Origin: a virus
Lineage: Duplodnaviria > Caudoviricetes
IMG/VR virus record: IMGVR_UViG_3300034061_004620
Strand: one strand, 5' to 3'
Length of the DNA: 64,000 bases
In this document: piece by piece, positions 9,906 through 19,409 of the stretch
Numbering within the stretch: position 1 is the first letter of the stretch
Layout: each line of letters starts with the position of its first letter
Notes under the pieces: model-generated
What the model was told of the DNA's origin: nothing
The model's database searches: none
What the model saw: the letters and a program-made list of their open reading frames with translations, nothing else
Translations under genes and position numbers: made by a program

Positions 9906-10825
9906 AAGAACTTTGGACTGAAAAGTATCGCCCACAAACCATTGATGGGTACGTGTTTACTGATCCCAACCAGCGAGAACAGATCGAATACTTTGTTAAA
10001 GAAAAAAGTATTCCGCATTTGTTGTTTACAGGTCCAGCTGGCACAGGTAAAACAACTTTGGCTAAAATCCTTGTAAACAGTTTAGAAATTGATCCATACG
10101 ATTTCCTTCAAGTCAATGCCAGCCGAGACAATGGTGTAGATTTTTTAAAAAACAAAATTGAAGGTTTTGTTAGCACAATGCCGTTTGGCGATTTGAAAAT
10201 TGTGTTATTGGATGAGGCAGATTATTTGTCACACAACGCCCAAGCACTATTGCGTGGCTTGATGGAAACCTATCAAAGTCAAGCAAGATTTATTCTCACA
10301 GCCAATCTTGCACACAAAATAATAAACCCATTAAAGAGTCGTTGCACACAAATAGTAATTGACAAGACTGATCAAACTGAATTTACCGGCCGTGCTGCCA
10401 CAGTACTTATAACTGAAGGCGTAGAATTTGAACTTGATACTTTAGATAGTTTTGTCAAAGCCACCTATCCCGACTTGCGTAGCTGTCTAAAACTACTTCA
10501 AGCAAACAGTATCAGTGGTACGTTATCTATGGCTCGAAGTGCATCTAACTCAAGTACCACTGATTACAAATTAGATGCAGTAGAATTATTCAAGCGAGGA
10601 AAAATTAGAGAAGCAAGAACACTGCTATGTTCGCACACTGCCGCCGACGAATGCGAACAACTATTTACATGGATGCATCAAAACTTAGACCTTTGGTCGG
10701 ATACAGTCGAAGGGCAAGATGAAGCAATAAAAATTATTCGCAAAGGTGCAGCAACACACTCATTGGTAGCCGATCATGAAATTAATCTTTCCGCTACCTT
10801 AGTTGAACTTAGTCAAATATCATGA
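9902..10825 (+). CDS. Sliding-clamp loader ATPase (RFC small subunit / T4 gp44-like)
   Basis: LWTEKYRP, Walker A GPAGTGKT, NASRDNG, Walker B LLDEAD, SRC motif. Confidence 0.93.
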   Translation: MKELWTEKYRPQTIDGYVFTDPNQREQIEYFVKEKSIPHLLFTGPAGTGKTTLAKILVNSLEIDPYDFLQVNASRDNGVDFLKNKIEGFVSTMPFGDLKIVLLDEADYLSHNAQALLRGLMETYQSQARFILTANLAHKIINPLKSRCTQIVIDKTDQTEFTGRAATVLITEGVEFELDTLDSFVKATYPDLRSCLKLLQANSISGTLSMARSASNSSTTDYKLDAVELFKRGKIREARTLLCSHTAADECEQLFTWMHQNLDLWSDTVEGQDEAIKIIRKGAATHSLVADHEINLSATLVELSQIS

Positions 10826-11196
10826 AAAAACAAAACATTTATCTGGTAGCACACTATGTAACCAGACCGCGTGATCCTAAAAAAACACATATACCCGGGT
10901 ATATGAAGGATCCAGCCAATCATCAATACGATGAGCAGGTGCAAATAAGTACACGATTACGCAAACAAGATGTTAATGCCAAGATTATTATAAATTTGAG
11001 TGAAAAATGTGTGCAGCAAAACAGTTTCAATGATAAAAAAGACTTTGATGAACTATTTAAATATTTTTTTAAAGGTTATCACAAATACATTACAGAAGTA
11101 ATGGCAAAACTTGATCCTGAGTATTTTAATCAAATTTTGGACGAAATGCAAGCAGAAATAGATAAGGACAAAACCAGTGAAGAAATTTCGGCATAA
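10822..11196 (+). CDS. Hypothetical protein
   Basis: 124 aa ORF coupled to the clamp loader. Confidence 0.65.
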   Translation: MKKQNIYLVAHYVTRPRDPKKTHIPGYMKDPANHQYDEQVQISTRLRKQDVNAKIIINLSEKCVQQNSFNDKKDFDELFKYFFKGYHKYITEVMAKLDPEYFNQILDEMQAEIDKDKTSEEISA

Positions 11197-11500
11197 AGAA
11201 TCAGGTGCACGAGGTTGGTTTATCGGAGACTTTCCGGAAGCAGTAGTAAGAACCAAAGATTTTGAAGTATGCTGGCAATCCAATCAAGCAGGTACTCGTG
11301 ACCGTCCACATATGCATAAAATTATAACTGAAGTGCAATTGATTACTAAAGGCAAAATGGTAATAAATGGGGAGGAATTTGGTCCTGGGGATATTTATGT
11401 AAGTGAGCCCGGAGAAGAGTATCATGCCCACTATGTCGAGGATACCGAAGTTTTAGCCGTTAAATTTCCAAGCATCCCTGATGATAAATATTATGTATGA
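11177..11500 (+). CDS. Cupin-domain protein
   Basis: HMHKIITEVQLITKGKMVINGEEFGPGDIYVSEPGE cupin motifs; GTG start. Confidence 0.7.
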   Translation: MKKFRHKESGARGWFIGDFPEAVVRTKDFEVCWQSNQAGTRDRPHMHKIITEVQLITKGKMVINGEEFGPGDIYVSEPGEEYHAHYVEDTEVLAVKFPSIPDDKYYV

Positions 11501-11733
11501 GTAATATATTCAAAGTAATGAAGGCTAAAAAGAAAAGAGCTGTTAATCCTGACGCTCCTCCTCGCCCTAATTTAATGACACACGATGTAAAAATTCGTGA
11601 GCACGAAAACACTGTACACAGTCTCATGGTATCAGTTGCATATCTTAAAGATAGAGTTCAAAGTTTAGAGTCTAAGTTAAGATATCAAACACAATATCTG
11701 CAACTGTTGCATAATCGAATAAACAAAAAATAA
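11497..11733 (+). CDS. Hypothetical coiled-coil protein
   Basis: ORF coupled to its neighbours. Confidence 0.55.
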   Translation: MSNIFKVMKAKKKRAVNPDAPPRPNLMTHDVKIREHENTVHSLMVSVAYLKDRVQSLESKLRYQTQYLQLLHNRINKK

Positions 11734-11736
11734 ATT

Positions 11737-12240
11737 ATGCCAACTTTGTATTTGGACATGGATGGTGTTGTTGCTGATTTTGATGAATATGCGGCAAGAA
11801 CATTGGGCGTACCACCTTCCGCTGGAATTTATCCTGACGAAGTTTGGTACAAATTGGCCAGTAATGCAAGACTGTATCGAGATCTGTTGAAAACTTCATA
11901 TGCTGACAAATTGGTATTTCAGTGCAGCAGATATGCAAAACAATATGGATACGATTTAAAATTTCTTACTGCTGTGCCCAAGGGTAACGATGTGCCTTGG
12001 GCATTTTTTGATAAAGTAATATGGGCACAGGATTTTTTTCCTGGTATCCCTGTTATGTTTGGTCCTTACAGCAAAGACAAACATGTTCACTGCCGGGCAG
12101 GAGATATTTTAATAGACGATCGTTTAAGTAATATTTCTGAGTGGTTTGCAGCAGGCGGAACAGCCATTCATCATAAAGATTTTAGTACAACAGTAGAACA
12201 GCTTGCTCATTTAATGCCGCAAGTTTCGTTACAAGTATAA
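11737..12240 (+). CDS. HAD-family 5'(3')-deoxyribonucleotidase (NT5C-like)
   Basis: LYLDMDGVVADFD, LTAVP, K...ILIDDR motifs. Confidence 0.85.
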   Translation: MPTLYLDMDGVVADFDEYAARTLGVPPSAGIYPDEVWYKLASNARLYRDLLKTSYADKLVFQCSRYAKQYGYDLKFLTAVPKGNDVPWAFFDKVIWAQDFFPGIPVMFGPYSKDKHVHCRAGDILIDDRLSNISEWFAAGGTAIHHKDFSTTVEQLAHLMPQVSLQV

Positions 12241-13202
12241 ATTTTACCTTCACGCACCGAAGTCTTCGTCCACGACTCTTCGATTTTATTAAACCATTCA
12301 ATGGCTGTTTCCAATCCGTATTCAAGGGCATTATTATTCTTAATGATTGGTCTCAACTGTATGTTACTTGGATTTCCAGTTTCACTTTTGGGATAAAATC
12401 CTAACCAACAGCATGGATACAATTCACCATTCGCAGTAATATATATTTCTTTCTGTTTTTTAGCAAAGCAGTCAATTTTCCTATTAGGGTGATCGGAGTT
12501 CAAAATAGTTATTTCTGGTTTATCTACATAATGAAGATGCTGAGAATATAACTCTTCAAAATTTTTACTACCGTTGTAATTACCTAAACTATGACTGTAG
12601 GTGCCATCTCTTTTGAATACTGGTCCCACATTACGTCCTGCATCTACAATTTGAAATTCTTTAAACCCAAGCTGTTTGGATAGTTCTTTAGCTTGCTCAA
12701 TTTGATGCTCATTGTGATTGAAGAGTATAAAAGCCCATATTGCGTATCCTCCTGCCGCAATAAACTTGGCAGCATTTGCTAAAATGAGATCAAAGTCGGT
12801 GTATTGTCTATACAAATGATGTGTGTCTGCTAAGCCGTCTAATCTAAAATGAACTTTGGTTCTTAATTCCCCCAATTTACTCCAAACGTTAGGTTTGCCA
12901 CTGGCATTAGTGCTGATTTCGATTTCTAAATTTTTATTTTCACTTCTAAAATATTCTACTATTTCTAACCCATCTCGTGCAGTAATAAAATCACCGTAAT
13001 TTCCATTTATCAAAATATGATGAATTTGTTTTAAAAATTGTGGCGAAAATATTTTTTTAGCTTGATCGAGTGACATATCACAGATAGGATAGGCATCAAT
13101 GGTATCAACACCTCTGAAATTTCTTGGGCACTCAGGACACGCAGCGTTACATCTTGTTGAAATTTCCAAGTGAACGCTGCGGATGTCGGTATATTTAAGC
13201 AT
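12207..13202 (-). CDS. Radical SAM protein with C-terminal SPASM/twitch-like domain
   Basis: CNAACPEC; C-terminal CFAK...YPCCW...CNETC; TAAATA on the minus strand at 13207-13212. Confidence 0.85.
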   Translation of the reverse strand: MLKYTDIRSVHLEISTRCNAACPECPRNFRGVDTIDAYPICDMSLDQAKKIFSPQFLKQIHHILINGNYGDFITARDGLEIVEYFRSENKNLEIEISTNASGKPNVWSKLGELRTKVHFRLDGLADTHHLYRQYTDFDLILANAAKFIAAGGYAIWAFILFNHNEHQIEQAKELSKQLGFKEFQIVDAGRNVGPVFKRDGTYSHSLGNYNGSKNFEELYSQHLHYVDKPEITILNSDHPNRKIDCFAKKQKEIYITANGELYPCCWLGFYPKSETGNPSNIQLRPIIKNNNALEYGLETAIEWFNKIEESWTKTSVREGKIYTCNETCGIK

Positions 13203-13218
13203 TCAGTATTTAACTATA

Positions 13219-13935
13219 TCATACCTCCCCGTAAAGTTTAAGAACTTCAGTCACAGCAGGATGTCTACGAACATCTTTAACTGCGAATTCTACGCCAGCA
13301 ATATATTGGCTATCAAAGTTCTTCATGAGGCTTTGAAAGTCCAATAGTCCGTTGTCTTTGGCCCTACGGTCGGCCTGCTGCGTATCACCTGTGATGACCA
13401 TCTTGGAGTTTTCACCTAAACGAGTTAACAGCATTTTCATCTGACTTGGTGTCGCGTTTTGCATTTCGTCTGCAATAATCCACGATTGTTTAAATGTCCG
13501 TCCCCGCATGTATGCCAGTGGAGCAATCTCAATATATTTTTCTTCCAGCAAACGTGCAACCTCCTGTGGTCTATAATACTCCTCTACGATATCAAATATG
13601 GGCCTTGTCCAAGGTTCCATCTTTTGATTTAGTGTGCCTGGCAAAAATCCGTGTTGCTCGTCATCAACGCCTACTGCGGGCCTGGTAATAACAATCTTAG
13701 AGCATTCTCCGGCTCTAAATGCTTTTAGTGCGGCCAACACAGCCAGCATAGTTTTGCCTGTTCCTGCCGGACCTGTGGCATAAACTATTAAACGTTGTGG
13801 ATTTTGTAAAAGATCTATATAAGTTTCTTGATTGAGACTCTTGGGTATTAATTGAATTGTACGGCGTTGTTTTTGGTATGAATCAAATTGCACTACTTGT
13901 AATTGTGTGACTTCGCTTCTACGGCGCTTACTCAA
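13219..13935 (-). CDS. phoH: PhoH-family ATPase
   Basis: GPAGTGKT, ITRPAV, GFLPG, YMRGRTF, IIADEMQN, VITGD..Q; likely TTG start at 13935 after AGGAGG. Confidence 0.93.
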   Translation of the reverse strand: MSKRRRSEVTQLQVVQFDSYQKQRRTIQLIPKSLNQETYIDLLQNPQRLIVYATGPAGTGKTMLAVLAALKAFRAGECSKIVITRPAVGVDDEQHGFLPGTLNQKMEPWTRPIFDIVEEYYRPQEVARLLEEKYIEIAPLAYMRGRTFKQSWIIADEMQNATPSQMKMLLTRLGENSKMVITGDTQQADRRAKDNGLLDFQSLMKNFDSQYIAGVEFAVKDVRRHPAVTEVLKLYGEV

Positions 13936-14163
13936 GACTACCTCCTTTAGAATTGGTGGATCTGTCATAGCCTTTACCCTGAAGTGGGCTTGGCTTTTTT
14001 ATCAAGTCCACGTAATTATTTACACGGCTCAATTGATAGCTAAAACTGTTGTTAATATTGAATTTTCTAAGCTAAGTATTAGACCAGGCAGTTTACACAG
14101 TATCACTTCCTACAATATTCAAGCAAATAATAGGTAAATAACTATTATTGAAATACAATTTCT

Positions 14164-14742
14164 ATGCCAACAAATATAAAAGATGTATTAGAAAACACAA
14201 AAACTATTTCGCTAACAGACAGCGCAGTAAATACTTTGCTGGATTTTGAGCGTGTGATCGATGAGCTTGATGTTTACACGTTTGCCAATTGGAAAAAAGG
14301 CGAGCTTGTTGTAGGTCCAAAATATGAAAAATATTTTGTAACTTGCACATTCATGTGGCCGTATAAATTAATGCCAGACCCAAGAGGCGGACAACGACTC
14401 CTTGATTACGGATGCGAAATCAAGTACAAAAAGGATCATTTACAATATCCTGTCAAGATTAAAGATCCAGAAGATTTTTTACCCGGAACCAAAGTACCAA
14501 AAATGGCAAGAGTTCCGATATGGTTGGTCGAAATAGTCATGCCAAAACAGCTTATGCAAGAAATAAATCAAGGAAGCGTAGAATTAGAAACAGGTAAAGT
14601 TGACGCAGAAGATATTGAACAAAGTTACGAAGAAGGACTTGATGATAACATGTATAAAACAGAAAGCGATGCCCCAACTTCAGCAAGTCAAGGACAAGAA
14701 AATACACCACAAGGACAGCAAAATGGGCCAGCACCATATTAA
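14164..14742 (+). CDS. Hypothetical late protein, possible head component
   Basis: TAAATA upstream at 14135; N-terminus MPTNIKDVLE; acidic Q-rich tail. Confidence 0.65.
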   Translation: MPTNIKDVLENTKTISLTDSAVNTLLDFERVIDELDVYTFANWKKGELVVGPKYEKYFVTCTFMWPYKLMPDPRGGQRLLDYGCEIKYKKDHLQYPVKIKDPEDFLPGTKVPKMARVPIWLVEIVMPKQLMQEINQGSVELETGKVDAEDIEQSYEEGLDDNMYKTESDAPTSASQGQENTPQGQQNGPAPY

Positions 14743-15280
14743 TATTACCGAAGGTTTAGAAAGTAATGATCTGAAACGTTTAGTTCATGATGAATTGCAC
14801 ATTGACGAATACAAAAGTAAAATGGGCAAGGATGAGGACGTTGTGGTTGTCAGTTTTAAAATTATCGGACGCGAACCAGCAGCTGACTTGGTCAACTTTA
14901 TTGAAAAAGGCTACGATTGGGTAATTGATGCAGATATCAGTGCAGGTGAGCTCGACGATGGCGATTTTATAGTTTTTGTAGAAGCAGATAGAATTCCAGA
15001 CTTGGCAGAAAATATCATTCTAATGATGGAAGATATCATGCGATTGACTGATCAAAAATTGACTAATTGGCGTCTAATTGCAAGATCAAATCCTGAAGAA
15101 CATCCTGTTACTGCTGATGCTATAAGATTACTGATACCATTAACCACTGAGGACTATTTACGTAGATACGGTAATAAAGCGTTAGACGAAATGAAATTAG
15201 CAGCAGGGGTATCTGTTAGTACAGTAGCGCCAAAAAATGATCACACCAACTTGGTAAGGACACTGGCAGGAATAATCTAA
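14723..15280 (+). CDS. Hypothetical protein, possible head component
   Basis: AAGGA SD before ATG 14723; N-terminus MGQHHINITE-G. Confidence 0.6.
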   Translation: MGQHHINITEGLESNDLKRLVHDELHIDEYKSKMGKDEDVVVVSFKIIGREPAADLVNFIEKGYDWVIDADISAGELDDGDFIVFVEADRIPDLAENIILMMEDIMRLTDQKLTNWRLIARSNPEEHPVTADAIRLLIPLTTEDYLRRYGNKALDEMKLAAGVSVSTVAPKNDHTNLVRTLAGII

Positions 15281-15287
15281 ATACTTT

Positions 15288-16169
15288 ATGATAGATTTAA
15301 TCACAGTTGTTTATAAACCCGAAGTTCCTCTTATTAAAATACAAGCAAGTTCGTTAGATAAAAATTTTTCGTATGACGATATTAAAACTATCTATATTGT
15401 TGTCAATGATGAAGATAGTGTGACCAATGAGATTGACAAATCTTGGTACGGTAAATTTTCAGATAAGGTGGTAATTTATCCTTATTCAATTTTTGGATAT
15501 GTAAGTCGTATCGAAGGGTGGGAAAATCAACAACTTTGTAAAATTTTAGCTGCTTCGCGCTCTACTTGCGAGTGGACTTTGGTGTTGGATGCTAAAACTT
15601 TCTTTACTAAACCATGTAAAAAAGAATTGCTTTTTGATGCAGAAAATCGAGCTTGTACAAATCTACTCAAACCAGTGCCTGTATTTGACTCAGCTAAAAC
15701 CAGCATTGAAAAATTATACAATGTGGAATTGGACTACGTTATAGGTCCAGGTGGCGTACCATTCTTTTTTCACACTGCCACAGTGTTATCAATGATAAAA
15801 GAAACCGAATCAATTACTGGCAAAAGTTTCATAGATTTTTTCCAGGAGAATGTAAGATTTCCGAATCTTATAACCGAATTTTATCTTTATTCTGGTTATG
15901 TAAAACGTAAGTTTGGCAAGTTTGACGATCTATACGCTCAAAAACAACGCTGGACCTGTGTCAACATTGCAGACTGGGAGATTGATAATTTTGATCAACT
16001 GTTTAACAATATGCAAAAGTTTTTGACTCTTACTGTTTCTATAGCAAGTAAGGCATGGGTTTTGCTTAGACCTGAACAGCAGGACAAATACTTGGAATTC
16101 TTAAAAAATCGTAACTTAATAACCAACATTCAAAATACTCAAAAAGAACTAAATACTGTTATCAATTAA
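15288..16169 (+). CDS. GT-A-like protein (DUF6492-like putative glycosyltransferase)
   Basis: LITVVY..., GWENQQLCKI, TLVLDAKTFF (DxK at the DxD position). Confidence 0.5.
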   Translation: MIDLITVVYKPEVPLIKIQASSLDKNFSYDDIKTIYIVVNDEDSVTNEIDKSWYGKFSDKVVIYPYSIFGYVSRIEGWENQQLCKILAASRSTCEWTLVLDAKTFFTKPCKKELLFDAENRACTNLLKPVPVFDSAKTSIEKLYNVELDYVIGPGGVPFFFHTATVLSMIKETESITGKSFIDFFQENVRFPNLITEFYLYSGYVKRKFGKFDDLYAQKQRWTCVNIADWEIDNFDQLFNNMQKFLTLTVSIASKAWVLLRPEQQDKYLEFLKNRNLITNIQNTQKELNTVIN

Positions 16170-16178
16170 CAGTATTTT

Positions 16179-16691
16179 ATGTGGCTATTACATTTATTAC
16201 CTGACAGCTTAATTCTATTCTTTACCTATTGTTTAATAGGTATTGGCGCCGCTGGGCTTGTAGCAAGCTGGCTTATAACATTCATTCCTTTCCTTAATAT
16301 ATACAGAAAATGGATACAGTTAGCCAGTATCCTACTACTTGTTGCTGGTATATATTGGTATGGTGGTTACAGCAATGAAATGCTATGGCGTGAGCGTGTA
16401 GCAGAAATGGAAGAAAAAGTAAGATTAGCTGAACAAAAATCACAGCAGGCAAACACCGAAATAGAAACACGAGTGGTTGAAAAGACCAAGGTTATTAGAG
16501 AAAAAGGTAAATTACAAATTGAATATGTTAATCGCCTGATCAAAGGTGATACTGTTGAAGTTGTTAAGGACATGAGTGAAGAAGAGCGAAAAGCTTTTCT
16601 TGAGAAACAAAAAGAATTACAAGATGCATTAAAAAATTGTCCTGTACCACGAATTATAGTCCAAGAACACAACAAGGCGGCAGAGAAATAA
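16179..16691 (+). CDS. i-spanin-like (Rz-like) membrane protein
   Basis: Two N-terminal hydrophobic segments, then a long charged coiled coil and a C-terminal CPVP; directly upstream of a lipoprotein in the lysis region. Confidence 0.65.
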   Translation: MWLLHLLPDSLILFFTYCLIGIGAAGLVASWLITFIPFLNIYRKWIQLASILLLVAGIYWYGGYSNEMLWRERVAEMEEKVRLAEQKSQQANTEIETRVVEKTKVIREKGKLQIEYVNRLIKGDTVEVVKDMSEEERKAFLEKQKELQDALKNCPVPRIIVQEHNKAAEK

Positions 16692-16957
16692 TGAAAACTT
16701 ATTCTTTACTATTTGCGATGTTATTAACCGGGTGCTCAACTACTGTACCTGTGGTAATGAAATTTCCCGAAGCACCACCCAGTCTCAAGCAACCATGTGT
16801 AACTCTTAAAAAAATTGAAGGTGATGCTGTTTCTATAGTAGATTTACACAAAACAGTAGTTGAAAACTACACAACTTATTATGAATGTTCTATTAAAGTT
16901 GATGAATGGAATACATGGCACACCAAACAGAAAAAAATATTCGAGGAAGTAAAATAA
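16691..16957 (+). CDS. o-spanin-like (Rz1-like) lipoprotein
   Basis: Lipobox MLLTG-C, Pro-rich KFPEAPPSLKQPC, second Cys in YYEC. Confidence 0.7.
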   Translation: MKTYSLLFAMLLTGCSTTVPVVMKFPEAPPSLKQPCVTLKKIEGDAVSIVDLHKTVVENYTTYYECSIKVDEWNTWHTKQKKIFEEVK

Positions 16958-17323
16958 ATGAAACATCTTGCGATACTATTCTTAATACTTTCTTTATCAG
17001 GTTGTACTACTATTAAAAAGTATTGGCCAAGAGATCATGATCCTGTCATGTTCGATCACTTGGTAGAACTGGATAGAATACTGGAATCCGTTGATTGCAA
17101 CAAAACTGATTGGGGCGATGATTGGAACCTAATGCAAATGGGTTCGGCACATTTAGCAAGATATACTAAATGGAGACAAGATCCACAAGCAGAAAATATT
17201 GAAGGATTGTACGCTCACACTGTGCGTATGGGCAAAGGCGGTAGTAAAACATTTTGTGAATTAGGAACAAAAACTGCGGCACAACGTATACAAGCTGCTC
17301 GATCAGCATGGGAGGGAAGATAA
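16958..17323 (+). CDS. Lipoprotein of unknown function
   Basis: Signal peptide with lipobox LSLSG-C. Confidence 0.7.
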   Translation: MKHLAILFLILSLSGCTTIKKYWPRDHDPVMFDHLVELDRILESVDCNKTDWGDDWNLMQMGSAHLARYTKWRQDPQAENIEGLYAHTVRMGKGGSKTFCELGTKTAAQRIQAARSAWEGR

Positions 17324-17511
17324 TGCATCCACTTGAACAAGAGATACAAGCTCTCAATGAGGCTTACGAAAACGGTGACATCGACCGTAACGAAAGAGAT
17401 TATTTGTTGCTCGAAATTAGAGACATTAGAGCTGCACAAGAATGTGCAGGTAACGAACAATTGGCAAGACATATATATCAGGCTTGCAATGTAGCAATGG
17501 CAGTACTATGA
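17323..17511 (+). CDS. Hypothetical protein
   Basis: GGAGG SD before ATG 17323. Confidence 0.6.
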   Translation: MHPLEQEIQALNEAYENGDIDRNERDYLLLEIRDIRAAQECAGNEQLARHIYQACNVAMAVL

Positions 17512-17520
17512 GGAACAGAT

Positions 17521-17571
17521 ATGCAAGAGCAAGAAGGTTGCCCAATATGTGGCGGAAAACATAACAAATAA
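17521..17571 (+). CDS. 16-aa CxxC mini-ORF (MQEQEGCPICGGKHNK)
   Basis: Translated by hand; GAGG SD 8 nt upstream; fills the gap before the endolysin SD. Confidence 0.4.
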   Translation: MQEQEGCPICGGKHNK

Positions 17572-17581
17572 AGGATCAAAT

Positions 17582-18199
17582 ATGGAATTAACTAAAGACC
17601 AACTCAAACAACTATTGCCTAAAAATCAATACATTGATCATTGGCATAGAGCATTAAGTCAACTATTACCGGATTATGAAATTAATACACCTCAGCGTAT
17701 TGCATCATTTATTGCTCAGTGTGCTCACGAATCTGGTAGTTTTGTTTTCTTAACTGAAAACTTAAATTACAAAGCCGAAAGCCTAATGAAAATATTTCCA
17801 AAATATTTTTCAGAAATGAGTTTAGCAAAGGCATATGAAAAGAAGCCAGAAAAAATTGCAAACAGAATCTACGCCAATCGTATGGGCAACGGCGACGAAG
17901 CGTCAGGCGACGGTTTTCGTTACCGTGGTCGCGGTTTGATTCAATTGACTGGTAAAACAAACTATCAATGGTTTGCTGCCAGTTTAGAAATCACGTCCCA
18001 AGAAGCAGCAGAATATACACAAACATTTGAAGGTGCAGCTCAAAGTGCTTGCTGGTTCTGGGAAACTAACAAGTTGAATGTGGAAGCAGACGCAGGTGAT
18101 ATCAAGAAAATGACCAGAAAAATCAATGGTGGTTACATTGGACTTGAAGATCGCATCAAACATTACAACCATGCATTGCATGTGTTAGGAGTGCATTAA
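17582..18199 (+). CDS. Glycoside hydrolase family 19 endolysin
   Basis: FIAQCAHESG, YRGRGLIQLTGKTNY, SACWFW, TRKINGG...GLEDR; start moved to the AAGGA-preceded ATG. Confidence 0.92.
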   Translation: MELTKDQLKQLLPKNQYIDHWHRALSQLLPDYEINTPQRIASFIAQCAHESGSFVFLTENLNYKAESLMKIFPKYFSEMSLAKAYEKKPEKIANRIYANRMGNGDEASGDGFRYRGRGLIQLTGKTNYQWFAASLEITSQEAAEYTQTFEGAAQSACWFWETNKLNVEADAGDIKKMTRKINGGYIGLEDRIKHYNHALHVLGVH

Positions 18200-18444
18200 T
18201 GAAATATTTGTCACTACTAATATTGTTACCATTATTAGTGGCTTGTACGGAAAACTATCGTTATCCATGTCAAGACCCAGATAATTGGGAAAAGAAAGAA
18301 TGCCAAAAACCCTATTGTAGCGCGAACGGAACTTGTCCCGAAGACTTAACTCCGTATGAAAAGGACAAAGTTGGGCAACTACCAGGAAACGCTTTTGCGC
18401 CATCAGCACCGACACCAGCACCAAGAAAAGGAGATTGTAAATGA
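18199..18444 (+). CDS. Cys-rich lipoprotein
   Basis: Lipobox LLVA-C; YRYPCQDP..W...C..PYC...GTCPE. Confidence 0.7.
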   Translation: MKYLSLLILLPLLVACTENYRYPCQDPDNWEKKECQKPYCSANGTCPEDLTPYEKDKVGQLPGNAFAPSAPTPAPRKGDCK

Positions 18445-18914
18445 TTAATGAACTATGGTCAGGAGAAAGATATACTACAGAAGAATTAAACGCCAGACTT
18501 AAATTCTTCATTGGTATTGTATTAGGTTGTACTTTATTTGGAATTGTATTTGTAGTTCTATACAGCCTTATTTTTGTTACACAACCAATGAACGGAATGA
18601 GCCCGGTGGATAACAAGTTTTTTGAACTCATTATTCCTATCGCTACATTCTTAACTGGTACATTATCGGGTATCATGTTAGCCGGAGATGACAAGGATCT
18701 GAGAGCTAAAGCACTGGATGCCGCTAACAAGCCTTATACGCCTCCACCAGCTCCTTCATTACCACCAAGTGGCGGTTTTAGTGCATCTTTTTCATCTACC
18801 ACTGGAGCAGTAGCAGCCGCACCAATTGGTGATATTCCAAGTTTTGCCGCATCGGTATCGCCTGGATTCGGTGGCAAAGAAGCACCATTTCAGCCTGATC
18901 ATCCGGAACGATAA
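18441..18914 (+). CDS. Two-TM membrane protein with Pro-rich tail (holin/antiholin candidate)
   Basis: Two hydrophobic segments, then a P/A/S-rich tail; lysis context. Confidence 0.55.
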   Translation: MINELWSGERYTTEELNARLKFFIGIVLGCTLFGIVFVVLYSLIFVTQPMNGMSPVDNKFFELIIPIATFLTGTLSGIMLAGDDKDLRAKALDAANKPYTPPPAPSLPPSGGFSASFSSTTGAVAAAPIGDIPSFAASVSPGFGGKEAPFQPDHPER

Positions 18915-19141
18915 TGCACTTTATTGTACGAATGCTTTCAGGCGAAAGCGAGAGTAATCCAAGCAGCAAGAGAGTCATAACATTTTTGGCTTTCTTGCTA
19001 ATAGCAGTAGCATTCTTTTCAGAATTGTTTTTTGAAAAGAAAGTTAGTCAGCAAACATTTGATGCAATAAGTTATATTGTATTGGGTGGATTAGGATTTA
19101 CAGCATCAGAAAAATTTACTAAAAAGGATAATCCAAAATGA
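18914..19141 (+). CDS. Small two-TM protein (holin candidate)
   Basis: SSKRVITFLAFLLIAVAFF and AISYIVLGGLGFT segments with a basic C-terminus. Confidence 0.55.
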   Translation: MHFIVRMLSGESESNPSSKRVITFLAFLLIAVAFFSELFFEKKVSQQTFDAISYIVLGGLGFTASEKFTKKDNPK

Positions 19142-19332
19142 ATTATTTTATAGCATTAATGATTGGTGTATTTGCACTAACCAGTGTTTATGCAGCCGAG
19201 GAGAAAAAGGTTTGTGTTAAGGAATTTGACAACAAGACCAAGAAAGAAAAAGAAGTTTGCAAAACAATCAAGGTGCACAAAAAACTGGAAGGTACCAAAA
19301 TTGATGGCGCAAGCAAAGACGCTAAAAAGTAA
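19138..19332 (+). CDS. Small secreted Lys-rich protein
   Basis: Signal peptide ending VYA-A; two Cys. Confidence 0.6.
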   Translation: MNYFIALMIGVFALTSVYAAEEKKVCVKEFDNKTKKEKEVCKTIKVHKKLEGTKIDGASKDAKK

Positions 19333-19349
19333 TTGAAATTCGTCTAATC

Positions 19350-19384
19350 AAACGGTCAATGCCTTAAAAGTGTTGACCGTTTTT
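19350..19384 (+). terminator. Hairpin, probable intrinsic terminator of the lysis operon
   Basis: Perfect inverted repeat AAACGGTCAA / TTGACCGTTT followed by T residues. Confidence 0.6.
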
Positions 19385-19401
19385 CATTTGTAGTATATAA
19401 T
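19373..19401 (+). promoter_or_regulatory. Sigma70-type promoter of dnaJ-clpA
   Basis: TTGACC-17 bp-TATAAT. Confidence 0.75.
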
Positions 19402-19409
19402 AGCAATCT

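Noticed and set aside
12207-12240. 34-bp convergent overlap of the nucleotidase and radical SAM 3' ends
   Set aside because: Common in compact phage genomes; nothing further supports antisense regulation.
14600-14722. Upstream extensions given in the ORF track (6553, 7008, 13968, 14600, 16637, 17549, 30387, 33943, 45691, 50134, 58092, 62502)
   Set aside because: SD position and overlap with neighbouring genes favour downstream starts.
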